NCBI GenBank assembly: GCA_028285625.1
Contig: JANQOX010000012.1
Coordinates: 229,517 to 293,516 of the forward strand
DNA length: 64,000 nucleotides
Origin: Myxococcota bacterium
Lineage (GTDB): Bacteria; Myxococcota_A; UBA9160; UBA6930
Direction: 5' to 3'
Shown here piece after piece: positions 49,621 through 61,155 of the stretch (position 1 is the first letter of the stretch; every line of letters starts with the position of its first letter). Below the pieces are notes generated by a model. The model was given only the letters and a program-made list of their open reading frames with translations, was not told where the DNA came from and made no database searches. Made by a program: the position numbers and the translations under genes.

Positions 49621-50988
49621 GTGGCCAAGGCGCGCACCATCCACGTCTGCAGCGAGTGCGGTGCCCAGCATCCCCGATGGCTGGGCCGTTGTTCGACCTG
49701 CGGCGCCTGGGAATCGCTGGTGGAGGAGTCCACCGGTGCAGAGCCCGCCCCGACCGCCGACCTGCTCGCCGTCGAGCCGTCGGCCGCGGTGGGCAAGGCG
49801 GTTCCGCTGCGCGAAGTCGATGCGAGCGGAGCACCGCGCCTGGCCACGGGCATCGACGAAGTGGACCGCGTACTCGGTGGCGGACTGGTTCCGGGCTCGG
49901 TCGTGTTGCTCGGGGGCGAGCCCGGCATCGGCAAGTCCACGCTTTGTCTCCAGCTCGCCGCGGCCCTCGGTGGAACCGGGCCGGTGCTCTACGTGACGGG
50001 TGAGGAAAGCCTCGAGCAGGTGCGGCTGCGCGCCGAGCGTCTGGGCGACGTTCCGGGTCGCCTGCTCGCGCTGGCCGAGACCCGCGTGGAGGCCCTGGCC
50101 GAGCCGTGGCGCGAGATCCGGCCGCAACTGGTGCTGGTCGACTCGATCCAGACCATGCGCACCGCCGCCGTCGACTCGGCTCCGGGTTCGGTGGCCCAGG
50201 TGCGCGACTGCGCCGCGCTGCTCTCGGCCACGGCCAAGGCCCACGGCGCGGCGCTGCTGCTGGTGGGGCACGTCACCAAGGAGGGTTCGCTCGCCGGGCC
50301 GCGCGTCCTCGAACACCTGGTCGACGTGGTGCTCACGTTCGAAGGCGACCGCGGCCACCCGTTCCGTCTGCTGCGCGCCGCGAAGAACCGCTACGGATCG
50401 ACTCAAGAAGTCGGTGTCTTCAGCATGGGCGAGCGCGGGCTGCTGGCGGTGCCGAATCCGAGCGAGTTGTTCCTTGCCGAGCGCCACGCCGGGTCGCCGG
50501 GCTCGTGCATCGTGCCGATCATGGAGGGCACGCGACCCATGTTGATCGAGGTGCAGGCGCTGGTGGCACCGGCCGGCTACGGCACCGCGCGTCGCACCTG
50601 CATCGGCATCGACGACGCGCGCGTGGCGCTGCTGTTGGCGGTGCTCGACCGTCGTTCGGACGTCGACGTGCTGTCGTGCGACGTCTACGTGAACGTGACC
50701 GGCGGCGTTCGCGTCGCCGAGCCGGCGGCCGATCTGGCCGTGGCGCTGGCTCTGGCGTCGAGTCGACTCGACAAGCCCATCCCCGCCGATGCGGCCGCCT
50801 GCGGTGAGATCGGGCTGGGGGGCGAGGTGCGACGCGTGGGCCGGCTCGATCAACGGCTTCGCGAGGCGGCGCGCCTGGGGTTCGGCCGGGTGCTGCTGCC
50901 CGCTGGCGCCGACGCCAAGGCGCCGGGCGCCGAGCCGGTGCCGGTCACCGAGATCGCCGACGCGGTGCGCTGGCTGCGCGACGCCTAG
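49621..50988 (+). CDS. radA: DNA repair protein RadA/Sms
   Basis: Zinc finger CSECGAQHPRWLGRCSTCGAW, Walker A GGEPGIGKST, the KNRYG motif (AAKNRYGS) and a Lon-like C-terminal domain. Confidence 0.92.
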   Translation: MAKARTIHVCSECGAQHPRWLGRCSTCGAWESLVEESTGAEPAPTADLLAVEPSAAVGKAVPLREVDASGAPRLATGIDEVDRVLGGGLVPGSVVLLGGEPGIGKSTLCLQLAAALGGTGPVLYVTGEESLEQVRLRAERLGDVPGRLLALAETRVEALAEPWREIRPQLVLVDSIQTMRTAAVDSAPGSVAQVRDCAALLSATAKAHGAALLLVGHVTKEGSLAGPRVLEHLVDVVLTFEGDRGHPFRLLRAAKNRYGSTQEVGVFSMGERGLLAVPNPSELFLAERHAGSPGSCIVPIMEGTRPMLIEVQALVAPAGYGTARRTCIGIDDARVALLLAVLDRRSDVDVLSCDVYVNVTGGVRVAEPAADLAVALALASSRLDKPIPADAAACGEIGLGGEVRRVGRLDQRLREAARLGFGRVLLPAGADAKAPGAEPVPVTEIADAVRWLRDA

Positions 50989-51079
50989 GGCCTTCCGCGC
51001 TGCCGCCCGTCCGGGATGCCCGAAACCCGTGAACGGCGGTAAACACTCGGATTTGAAGCTTTTTCTGGCCCCTCATTCT

Positions 51080-51108
51080 TTGACACTCCGGTTGGCCGCG
51101 GTTAGAGT
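51080..51108 (+). promoter_or_regulatory. Candidate sigma70 promoter placing the polyprenyl synthase ATG at or near the transcript 5' end
   Basis: TTGACA (51080-51085), a 17-nt spacer, then TAGAGT (51103-51108). The ATG at 51117 is only 8 nt downstream, and a locally AT-rich segment lies upstream. Confidence 0.4.
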
Positions 51109-51116
51109 CGGAGGCG

Positions 51117-52166
51117 ATGACGAGTCCGTTCGCCCCCCCGGCTGCGCTCGCCGCCGCCCTCGATCGCCTGGCGCCGAGCCTCGCGCAGGTCGAGCAGGCC
51201 ATGCGCGAGCAGCTCGCCTCGGAGCTCTCGCTGGTGGGCACCATCGGCGACCACGTGCTGGGCTCGGGCGGCAAGCGCCTGCGCCCGGCGTTGTTGATGC
51301 TCACGGCCGAGCTCTGCGGCTACGAGGGACCGCGCCGCGTGCAGATCGCGGCGGCCGTCGAGCTGCTCCACACCGCGACGCTGCTGCACGACGACGTGGT
51401 CGATCTGCAGAACCTGCGCCGCGGACAGCAGGCCGCGCGTGCCATCTGGGGAAACCGGCGCGCGGTGCTGGTGGGCGACTTCTTCTATGCGCGGGCTTCG
51501 TCGATGGTCGTCGACGACGGCAACCCCGACGTGCTGCAGGTGTTCGCGAATACGATCCGTCGCATGGCCGAGGGCGAGCTGCTCCAGCTCGAGCGCAGCT
51601 ACGACCCCGACGTCACCGAGTCGCACTACTACGCAGTGATCGATCGCAAGAGCGCCACGCTGATCTCTGCAGCCGCCGAGGCCGGCGGCATCCTCGCGGG
51701 CGTGACGCGCGCCGAACGCCGTCGCCTGGCGGACTACGGGCGCGAGGTCGGGCTCGCCTTCCAGCTGCGCGACGACGCCCTCGACTACGCCGCCAACGCC
51801 GAGGTGCTGGGCAAGCGCCCGCTCGCGGACCTGCGCGAGGGCAAGGTGACTTTGCCGTTGCTGCTCGCGCAGAAGCGTTGTACCGCGGCAGAGCGCCAGG
51901 AGCTGGCGACGCTGCTCAAGACCGCGGCGGGTCGCGCTGCGTCGCTCGAGGCCGAGGGCGTGGTCGACCCGGCCGACGTGCTGGGCGACGAAGAGCTCGC
52001 CCCGGTGTGCGATCTGGTCGAGCGCTATCTCGGCGTCGAAGACACCGACCGCCGGGCCGACGAGCACGTCGCCCGCGCTGCTGCTGCCATCGCGCCGTTC
52101 CCCGACGGCCACGCCAAGGATGCCCTGCTCGCTGCCGCCCGTTTCTCGGTGCAGCGCGCGAGCTAG
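51117..52166 (+). CDS. ispB: Polyprenyl diphosphate synthase (octaprenyl/heptaprenyl type)
   Basis: First DDxxD motif LLHDDVVD, GGKRLRP, and second motif FQLRDDALD. Confidence 0.85.
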   Translation: MTSPFAPPAALAAALDRLAPSLAQVEQAMREQLASELSLVGTIGDHVLGSGGKRLRPALLMLTAELCGYEGPRRVQIAAAVELLHTATLLHDDVVDLQNLRRGQQAARAIWGNRRAVLVGDFFYARASSMVVDDGNPDVLQVFANTIRRMAEGELLQLERSYDPDVTESHYYAVIDRKSATLISAAAEAGGILAGVTRAERRRLADYGREVGLAFQLRDDALDYAANAEVLGKRPLADLREGKVTLPLLLAQKRCTAAERQELATLLKTAAGRAASLEAEGVVDPADVLGDEELAPVCDLVERYLGVEDTDRRADEHVARAAAAIAPFPDGHAKDALLAAARFSVQRAS

Positions 52167-52208
52167 CCACCGCCTTCGCCCCAAGAGGTCCCGGGGAGAA
52201 CATCCCCA

Positions 52209-52526
52209 ATGCGATCCTCCAACACTCGGAGGCTCGGGGCGCTCGCCCTGAGTCTCGCGCTCACGCTCCTGCTCGGGCTCGCGCCCGGACACGCGGCCAA
52301 CCCGGCCGGGGTCGTGAACGTCAACACGGCCACGGCCGAGCAGCTGGTCGCCCTGCCGGGCATCGGCGAGACCAAGGCCCGCGCGATCGTCGACCTGCGC
52401 GACGAGCGCGGGCGCTTCGACTCGATCGAAGAGCTGCTCGACGTGAAGGGCATCGGCCCCGCCGCGCTCGAGAAGGCGCGGCCCTTCCTCACGCTGAAGG
52501 GTCGGACGACCTACGCCACGCCCTAG
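52209..52526 (+). CDS. comEA: ComEA-family helix-hairpin-helix DNA-binding protein
   Basis: A signal peptide followed by VNVNTATAEQLVALPGIGETKARAIVDLRDERGRFDSIEELLDVKGIGPAALEK. Confidence 0.8.
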   Translation: MRSSNTRRLGALALSLALTLLLGLAPGHAANPAGVVNVNTATAEQLVALPGIGETKARAIVDLRDERGRFDSIEELLDVKGIGPAALEKARPFLTLKGRTTYATP

Positions 52527-52533
52527 CCGGGGA

Positions 52534-52582
52534 GGCGGGGTGCTCGGCGGCCTGGCTCGCCGGGTCGGACGGGCACCCCGCC
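52534..52582 (+). terminator. Strong GC hairpin after comEA (possible T-less terminator or attenuator)
   Basis: GGCGGGGTGC (52534-52543) pairs perfectly with GCACCCCGCC (52573-52582), and there is an inner CGGCG/CGCCG stem. No U-tract follows. Confidence 0.35.
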
Positions 52583-52674
52583 CATGGCCCCGCGCGCGCC
52601 CTAAACCGCGCTGGCAGTCCCTCGGATGGCCGCTCTCCCAACGCGGAGGGCCGTTCGTGCTATTCCCCCGGGCC

Positions 52675-53577
52675 ATGCGCGCGACGGCACGACGGCTGGC
52701 CGCGTTCGGGGTGCTGGTGGTTCTGCTGCTTCCGGCCGCCGCGCGCGCGAGCGATCCCGATGGTTCTCCTGGGCCGGGGGCGCAGCGAATCGTTTCGCTG
52801 AACCCGTCGCTCACGGCGATCCTGGTCGCGATCGGCGCACGCGAGCAGCTCGTGGGCGTGGACGACTGGTCGGGCAAGACGCAGCCCCAGGTGGCCGAGC
52901 TTCCGCGGGTGGGCGGGCTCTTCACGCCGAGTCTCGAAGCGGTCGTGGGTCTGCAGCCCGACCTGGTGGTGGTCGTCCCGAGCGCCGAGCAGCGCGACTT
53001 TCGCGCCCGGCTCGAAGGGCTCGGGCTCGAGGTGCTCGAACTCAGCCCTGTGGGCTTCGACGAGGTGCTCGCGATCATCGAGCAGCTCGGCGATCGCGTG
53101 GGCCGGCCCGACGCTGCGCGCGCTCGCACTGCGGCCATCCGCGAGACACGCGATCGTCTCGCGCGCTGGGCCGCCGAACGCGATCGCGTGCCCACCGTGC
53201 TCGTCCTGCAGCGCGACCCGACGTTCGTGATCGGCCGCGGGAGCTTCGTCGACGACATGCTCCGTGCGGTGGGCGGCGAGAATCTCGCAGCGGTCTTCGA
53301 CGAGCCGTACCCGCGCGTCTCGCGGGAGTGGCTGATCGGCGCGGCGCCGGCGGTGCTGCTCGATTCGTCGAACGACCCGCAGGACGCCGCCGACTACTGG
53401 TCGCGCTGGCCGTCGATCCCTGCCGTGGCCGCCGGCCGCGTGGTGCACCTGCCCGACGGGATGGCCACCCTGCCCGGCCCCCACCTCGACCGGGCTCTGG
53501 TCCTGCTGGCCGAGACGCTGCACGGGCCGGAGGTGGGCCAGGCCCTCGCCGGCGACGACCAGGCGAGCCCACGTTGA
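52675..53577 (+). CDS. ABC transporter periplasmic substrate-binding protein (BtuF / iron-siderophore / heme class)
   Basis: ATG at 52675; a signal peptide followed by RIVSLNPSLTAILVAIGAREQLVGVDDWS, typical of the PBP type-2 (Peripla_BP_2) family. Confidence 0.8.
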   Translation: MRATARRLAAFGVLVVLLLPAAARASDPDGSPGPGAQRIVSLNPSLTAILVAIGAREQLVGVDDWSGKTQPQVAELPRVGGLFTPSLEAVVGLQPDLVVVVPSAEQRDFRARLEGLGLEVLELSPVGFDEVLAIIEQLGDRVGRPDAARARTAAIRETRDRLARWAAERDRVPTVLVLQRDPTFVIGRGSFVDDMLRAVGGENLAAVFDEPYPRVSREWLIGAAPAVLLDSSNDPQDAADYWSRWPSIPAVAAGRVVHLPDGMATLPGPHLDRALVLLAETLHGPEVGQALAGDDQASPR

Positions 53578-54593
53578 GCGTGCTGACCCCGCGCCGGCTG
53601 GTCGCCGTGCTCTCCGCGCTCGCCGTCGCGCTGGTGGCGGTTGCCATGGCGTCGCTCGCCATCGGGCCCGTGCCGGTGGCACCGGCCGACGTCGTGGACG
53701 CGCTGCTCGGAGACGCCCAGGGGGCCACCGCCGACATCGTGCTGCGGGTGCGCCTGCCCCGCGTGGTGCTCGCCGCCCTGGTGGGTGCGAGCCTCGGTGT
53801 GGCGGGGGCGCTCTTCCAGGCGCTGCTGCGAAACCCGCTGGCCGACCCGTTCATCCTGGGCGTGTCCGGCGGCGCGGCGTTGGCGGGGATCGCCATGCTC
53901 ACCCTGGGCGGCGCGGTGGGGTTGGGCTACGCCGCGGTCCCGCCGGCCGCTTTCGCCGGCGCGGTCGGCACGGTGGTGTTGCTGCTGGCGGTGGCCGGGC
54001 CCACGGGCAAGCTCTCGCCCACGACGCTGCTGCTCACCGGCGTGGTCTTCAACGCCTTCGCGTCGGCTGCGATCGTCTTTCTCGCCTCGACCGCCGGGCT
54101 CGCCGACGGGGCCAGCATCTTTCTGTGGCTGATCGGCAATCTGTCCGACGCCCGCTTCGACGTGGCCGGCTGGGTGGCGCTCTTCCTGGTGCTGGGCCTC
54201 GCCAGTGCGCTGCCGCTGGCGCGCGGCCTCAACCTGCTGGCCCTGGGCGAGGAGCCCGCCGCCCAGCTGGGGGTCGACGTCGAGCGCACCAAGCGGGTGC
54301 TGCTCGTGTCCACCTCGCTCATGGTGGGGGCGGCGGTCTCGGTGTCCGGTCTGATCGGCTTCGTGGGCCTCATCATCCCGCACCTGCTGCGCCTGCGACT
54401 GGGGCCCGACCACCGCCTGCTGCTGCCCGCGGCGGCGCTCTCGGGCGCGGGTTTCCTGCTGGTCTGCGACACGGTGGCCCGCACGCTGCTGGCCGGCCGC
54501 GAGCTGCCCGTCGGCGCCATCACCGCGCTGGCCGGCGGACCGCTCTTCTTGTGGTTGCTGCGCCGCCACCACCAGCGGGTGTTCGTCTCGTGA
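53574..54593 (+). CDS. FecCD-family ABC transporter permease
   Basis: The TTG at 53574 overlaps the upstream stop (TTGA). It has RLPRVVLAALVGASLGVAGALFQALLRNPLADPFILGVSGGAAL and multiple transmembrane segments. Confidence 0.85.
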   Translation: MSVLTPRRLVAVLSALAVALVAVAMASLAIGPVPVAPADVVDALLGDAQGATADIVLRVRLPRVVLAALVGASLGVAGALFQALLRNPLADPFILGVSGGAALAGIAMLTLGGAVGLGYAAVPPAAFAGAVGTVVLLLAVAGPTGKLSPTTLLLTGVVFNAFASAAIVFLASTAGLADGASIFLWLIGNLSDARFDVAGWVALFLVLGLASALPLARGLNLLALGEEPAAQLGVDVERTKRVLLVSTSLMVGAAVSVSGLIGFVGLIIPHLLRLRLGPDHRLLLPAAALSGAGFLLVCDTVARTLLAGRELPVGAITALAGGPLFLWLLRRHHQRVFVS

Positions 54594-55393
54594 GCGGGCA
54601 CGACGCCGGTTCGGTGCTCCGGTTCGAGGACGTCCAGGTGGCCCTCGGGGGGCGCCCGGTGCTGCAGGGCATCACGCTCGCGCTCCAGCCGGGCGAGGTG
54701 ATGGTGCTGGCCGGGCGCAACGGCGCCGGCAAGACCACGCTACTGCGCGTGGCCACCGGGGTGCTCGAGCCCGATGCGGGCACTGCCCATGCCTGTCGGG
54801 CCGGGGAGCCCGAGCGCCCCCTCTCCCAGTTCAGCCGCCGCGAGCTGGCGCGGCACGTGGCGCTCGTCCCCCAGGAGACCAGCATCCCCTTCCCGTTCCG
54901 GCTGCTCGAGGTGGTGCTGATGGGGCGAGCGCCCCACCTGGGGCTGCTTGGCTTCGAGACCCGGCACGACGTCGCGCTGGCCCAGGCTGCGCTGGAGCGC
55001 CTGGGCATCGGCGCTCTCGCCGACCGCACCGTACTCGAGGTCTCGGGGGGCGAACGCCAGCTCGCCATGGTCGCCCGGGCGCTGGCCCAAGAGACGCCCG
55101 TGCTTCTGCTCGACGAGCCCACCTCGAACCTCGATGTGGGTCGGCGGCTCGAGGTGCTCGAGCGGGTGCGGGCCCTGGCGGCGGAGGGCCGCGCGGTGCT
55201 CGTCGTCTCCCACGATCTCGGCCTGGCCGCGCGCTTTGCCGACCGCATCGCGCTGCTGTCCGAGGGCCGGGTGCACGCCGTGGGTGCCCCCGACGAAGTG
55301 CTCCGGCCGGACCTTCTGCGCGAGGTCTTCGGGGTGGATACGGAGATCCTCCGCACGGCCGAGGGCGCGCCCGTGGTGGTCCCGCGCAGGTGA
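54590..55393 (+). CDS. ABC transporter ATP-binding protein (FepC/BtuD/HmuV class)
   Basis: The GTG at 54590 overlaps the permease stop. It has Walker A GRNGAGKTTLL, the signature VSGGERQ and Walker B LLLDEPTSNLD. Confidence 0.88.
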   Translation: MSGHDAGSVLRFEDVQVALGGRPVLQGITLALQPGEVMVLAGRNGAGKTTLLRVATGVLEPDAGTAHACRAGEPERPLSQFSRRELARHVALVPQETSIPFPFRLLEVVLMGRAPHLGLLGFETRHDVALAQAALERLGIGALADRTVLEVSGGERQLAMVARALAQETPVLLLDEPTSNLDVGRRLEVLERVRALAAEGRAVLVVSHDLGLAARFADRIALLSEGRVHAVGAPDEVLRPDLLREVFGVDTEILRTAEGAPVVVPRR

Positions 55394-55437
55394 GCGAACG
55401 CGTTCGCAAAGATTCGCGGGCGCCTCGCGCCTGCTAG

Positions 55438-57605
<2,168 letters not shown>

Positions 57606-57752
57606 CGCGCAGCGTCTCCGGGACCGGTGCGAGCTGCAGCGTGCCCCGCCTGGTCCTTGCGTGAGCCTGCCTCGGCCTTCATTCCAACCTACGGTACGGC
57701 TTCATTCGACCCGGGGGGCCTTTCGCTAGCCTGTCCTCCCTAGGAGGAGCCC

Positions 57753-58862
57753 TTGCGCAGCGTCGAGGACACCAGACCCAAGCGGGGCCTCTCGGTACCG
57801 GTCGTCACGATCCTGGACGACGCCGGAGATCTCGTCGAGGACGACCAGCGCGCGCTGGTGCGCCACGTCGTGCAGAACGGCTATGGCGCCGACGTGGTGT
57901 TCGCGGCCGGGACCACCGGCGAGTGGGACCAGGTGACGGCCGACGTGCAGCGGCGGGTGATCCAGGTCTGCAACGAAGAGCTGGCCAAGCTCAACGTCGA
58001 GCTCGGCGTGGAGCGCGAACGCCGGGTGGAGTCGTGGGCCGGCATCACCGCCCACTCGCCCGAGGACACGCTCGAGAACCTCGACTTCGCGATCGCCTCC
58101 GGGGCCGATGCCGCCGTACTGGCTCCGCTCTCGATCCGCGGTCTGCGCGACCCGGTTCGCTTCGTGACCCGTGACGTGGGCGACCTGCTCGACGCGCGCT
58201 CGCGGCGCATCCCCGTGTACCTCTACGACAACGCTGACATCGCCGCTGATCCGAAGGCGCTGCACATCCGCACGCGTCAGGTGAAGGCGCTCTCCCGTCT
58301 CGACTTCGTCCGCGGCATCAAGGTGAGCGCCTCGCGCAAGGTGCTCGGCAACTACACCAAGGCCGCCGCCAACTTCCGCGAGCGCGGCGAGTTCGGCATC
58401 TACGTCGGCAACGCCATGCTGATCTTCGACATCTTCAAGCCGCGCCCCGGTTGGGTGGGCACGGTCTCGGAGCATTGGCAGCGCTACCGCCTTCGCGGCG
58501 GTCTACCCATCGGCGTGGTGGCCGGGCCTGCCAATGCGATGCCGCGCGAGTGGGCGCGCGCATGGCAGCTCTGCCGGGCCGGCGACGGCGAGCGGATGGA
58601 GCGCACCAAGCGCGTGCTCGACGCGTTCCGCGTGGGCTGCCACACGGCCGGCGGCAAGCGCACCATCGCGTGTCTCAAGCGCGCGCTGCTGCGACAGGGC
58701 GTGATCCGCTCCGACGCGGTCGCGGCCGGTACGCCCGCGCTCTCGCGTCCGGACGCCGAGCGCTTCGACGAGGTGTTCGAAGAGGTGCGCGAATTGTCCC
58801 GCGAGCTGCTGGTGGGCACCTGGGTCACGCGCTCGCCCGACCAAGGCGAGCCGGGCGCCTAG
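57753..58862 (+). CDS. DHDPS/N-acetylneuraminate-lyase family class I aldolase (atypically long)
   Basis: TTG start preceded by AGGAGGAG. It has the GTTGE motif (AAGTTGEW), a YDN motif and the Schiff-base Lys context GIKVSAS; 369 aa. Confidence 0.7.
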   Translation: MRSVEDTRPKRGLSVPVVTILDDAGDLVEDDQRALVRHVVQNGYGADVVFAAGTTGEWDQVTADVQRRVIQVCNEELAKLNVELGVERERRVESWAGITAHSPEDTLENLDFAIASGADAAVLAPLSIRGLRDPVRFVTRDVGDLLDARSRRIPVYLYDNADIAADPKALHIRTRQVKALSRLDFVRGIKVSASRKVLGNYTKAAANFRERGEFGIYVGNAMLIFDIFKPRPGWVGTVSEHWQRYRLRGGLPIGVVAGPANAMPREWARAWQLCRAGDGERMERTKRVLDAFRVGCHTAGGKRTIACLKRALLRQGVIRSDAVAAGTPALSRPDAERFDEVFEEVRELSRELLVGTWVTRSPDQGEPGA

Positions 58863-58868
58863 CACCCG

Positions 58869-60515
58869 ATGGCTTCGAAGCAGGAGGCCCCGCGGCTGGC
58901 GGTGGTCGGCATCGGCAGCATGGTCGCCGACCGCATGCACCGCGTTCGCAAGCTCCTCGGCGCCGAGGAGAAGACGGTGATGCACACCTTTGCCGATGGC
59001 AGCGCCCAGCAGGTGCGCATCGGCGGCGTGATGTTGAACCAGATGGGCTGGGCCGCCGCACTCGGTCTGCCCGTCGGAATCTTCGGAAAGCAGGCCGACG
59101 ACGCCGACGGGCGTCTGTTGCGGGCGGCCATGGACCGGCTCGGGATCGAGCGCCACATCGTGCTCGACGGCTCGGCCAGCTCGTTTGCGCCGATCTTCGT
59201 GGACGATTCCGGCGAGCGGTCCATCTACATGGCGCCGGGTGCCACGAGTGAGACCACGGCCGAACACGTGCGCGATCACCACGCGGACTTCATCGCCGGG
59301 GCGGCGAGCCTGTCGACGGAGATCTCGCAGCTGCCCCTCGCCGCGGCGCGCGAGGCCATGCAGATCGCACGGGCGGCCGGTGCGCGAACGGTGCTCGACT
59401 TCGACGTGCCGCCGTCGGAGGCCGTGCCCGGCCTCGGCGATGCCGCGACGCTCGAAGAAGTGCTGGGCCTTGCCGACCTCTTGAAGCCGGCCAAGGCCGC
59501 CGCGCGCGAACTCGTCCCCGACGCTGGCGACGACACCCTGGCCGTGGCCCAGGCCCTGCGCAGCCGCACCGGGGCCGAGGCCGTGGTGGTGACCGCCGGC
59601 GAAGACGGCTGCGCGGTCGCGACCGAGGGCCTGTCGGTGCGCGTGCCGGCCTGCACCCCAAAGGAGGTGGTGGACACCACCGGTGCGGGCGACGCGTTTC
59701 TCGGGGGCCTCCAAGTGGGGCTCGCGGCCGGCCTGGGCTGGGAGGACGCGGCGCGGTTGGGCAATGCCTGTGGTGCCGCCTGTGTCGAGAAGCTCGGCGC
59801 GTTTCCCGACGACCCGGCGGCAGCCCGCGCGCGCGTGGCCGAACTCTACGATGGGCCGCCGGTCGCCTCGCTGGCCGCAGCGTCCGACGCGGACGCGAGC
59901 GATGCTGCGGCGTCGGCCGACCCGGGTCGCGCCGCACTCACGAGTCTCGACGTGGCACTCGAAGAGCTCGCCGCACTCCGCGCGCGCCTCGATGCCGACG
60001 CGTTCGCGCGTGCCGTCGCGCTGGTGCAAGCCGTCGAGTCGGCGGCGGGCCGCGTGCACGTGACGGGCGTGGGCAAGCCCGAACACGTGGCGCACTACGC
60101 CGCGTCGGTGCTGAGCTCGACCGGCACGCCGGCCACCTTCCTGCACGCCACCGAAGCCGTGCACGGCAGCGCCGGGCAGGTCGTGCCGGGCGACCTGGTC
60201 GTCGCCATCAGCAACAGCGGCGGCACCGCAGAGCTGCTGCACACGGTCGAAGCCGTGCGCGCACTCGGTGCGCGGGTGCTCGCGGTGACGGGCGACCCCG
60301 TCCGCTCTCCCCTCGCGGCCGCATGCGACGCGGCACTAGACGCCGGCGTGGCACGCGAGGGCGGCGGCCTCGGCTTCGCCCCGCGCGCCAGCGTGGCCGC
60401 CGAGGTGCTCGTGCTCGCCGCGCTCTCTGCGGCCCTCGAAGAGGCGCGCGGCTTCACCCGCGACGACTACCACGCTCGCCACCCCTCCGGCGCCCTGGGC
60501 CAGAAGAGCAGCTGA
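58869..60515 (+). CDS. Fusion protein: PfkB-family carbohydrate kinase (N-terminal) + SIS sugar-phosphate isomerase domain (KpsF/GutQ-like, C-terminal)
   Basis: The PfkB signature DTTGAGDAFLGG is at ~aa 270. An Ala/Asp/Ser linker is followed by the SIS segment VHVTGVGKPEHVA...AISNSGGTAELL...VLAVTG and a terminal HPSGALG. Confidence 0.75.
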   Translation: MASKQEAPRLAVVGIGSMVADRMHRVRKLLGAEEKTVMHTFADGSAQQVRIGGVMLNQMGWAAALGLPVGIFGKQADDADGRLLRAAMDRLGIERHIVLDGSASSFAPIFVDDSGERSIYMAPGATSETTAEHVRDHHADFIAGAASLSTEISQLPLAAAREAMQIARAAGARTVLDFDVPPSEAVPGLGDAATLEEVLGLADLLKPAKAAARELVPDAGDDTLAVAQALRSRTGAEAVVVTAGEDGCAVATEGLSVRVPACTPKEVVDTTGAGDAFLGGLQVGLAAGLGWEDAARLGNACGAACVEKLGAFPDDPAAARARVAELYDGPPVASLAAASDADASDAAASADPGRAALTSLDVALEELAALRARLDADAFARAVALVQAVESAAGRVHVTGVGKPEHVAHYAASVLSSTGTPATFLHATEAVHGSAGQVVPGDLVVAISNSGGTAELLHTVEAVRALGARVLAVTGDPVRSPLAAACDAALDAGVAREGGGLGFAPRASVAAEVLVLAALSAALEEARGFTRDDYHARHPSGALGQKSS

Positions 60516-60530
60516 CGTCCCCGTTCCTTT

Positions 60531-60977
60531 TCAGTCGGGGATCTTGACGGTGAGCACGGGGCACGGCGCCTTCTGGACCACGCGCTCGGCGATGCTGCCG
60601 AGCAGCAGGTGCTTGAGGCCCGAGTGGCCGCGCGTGCCGATCACCACGAGGTCGGCGTCCTGGCGTTCGACCTCTTCTTCGATCACCGTGGCCGGGTAGC
60701 CTTCGCGCACCAGCACCTCGACCTCGATGCCCTGGTCCGCGATCTGGTCGCGGTAGACGCCGAGGCTCTGCTCGGCCTCGCTCTTCACGTTGGCCCAGAA
60801 GTCCTGGGGCAGGTACGCGCCCTCGAGCTGCTGGAACTCCACCGGCAGGTGATAGGCGTGGAGCAGCAGGATGCGGCTGCCGTGGGCCTTGGCCAGATGC
60901 GTCGCCCACTCGATCACGGGCGGCGCGTGATCGGAGAAGTCCACGGGCACCAGGATCCGACGGACCTCGATGGGCAC
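60531..60977 (-). CDS. Universal stress protein (UspA family)
   Basis: RILVPVDFSDH..., VIGTRGHSGLKHLLLGSIAERVVQKAPCPVLTV. The candidate GTG start at 60977 is uncertain. Confidence 0.8.
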   Translation of the reverse strand: MPIEVRRILVPVDFSDHAPPVIEWATHLAKAHGSRILLLHAYHLPVEFQQLEGAYLPQDFWANVKSEAEQSLGVYRDQIADQGIEVEVLVREGYPATVIEEEVERQDADLVVIGTRGHSGLKHLLLGSIAERVVQKAPCPVLTVKIPD

Positions 60978-61155
60978 ACCCCAAGGGTGCCACCCCTCGC
61001 CCCTCCGTTTCAAGCACGATCGAACCCGGGGACTCCGATGCCCGGGCGCGCGCATCGAACGGCCTCTGGTAGCTTCGGGAGATCCCAAAGGGGTCACCTC
61101 ACGCACCGGCCGGGCGGGTTGCCCAACGGTGCGCCCAGGTGCCCGACCGCGGCGT

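Noticed and set aside
52527-52674. A cobalamin riboswitch upstream of the BtuF-like ABC importer
   Set aside because: The region is only ~150 nt. It lacks a recognisable B12 box and the conserved GGGAA/GCCACUG elements. The strong hairpin is better explained as a comEA terminator or attenuator.
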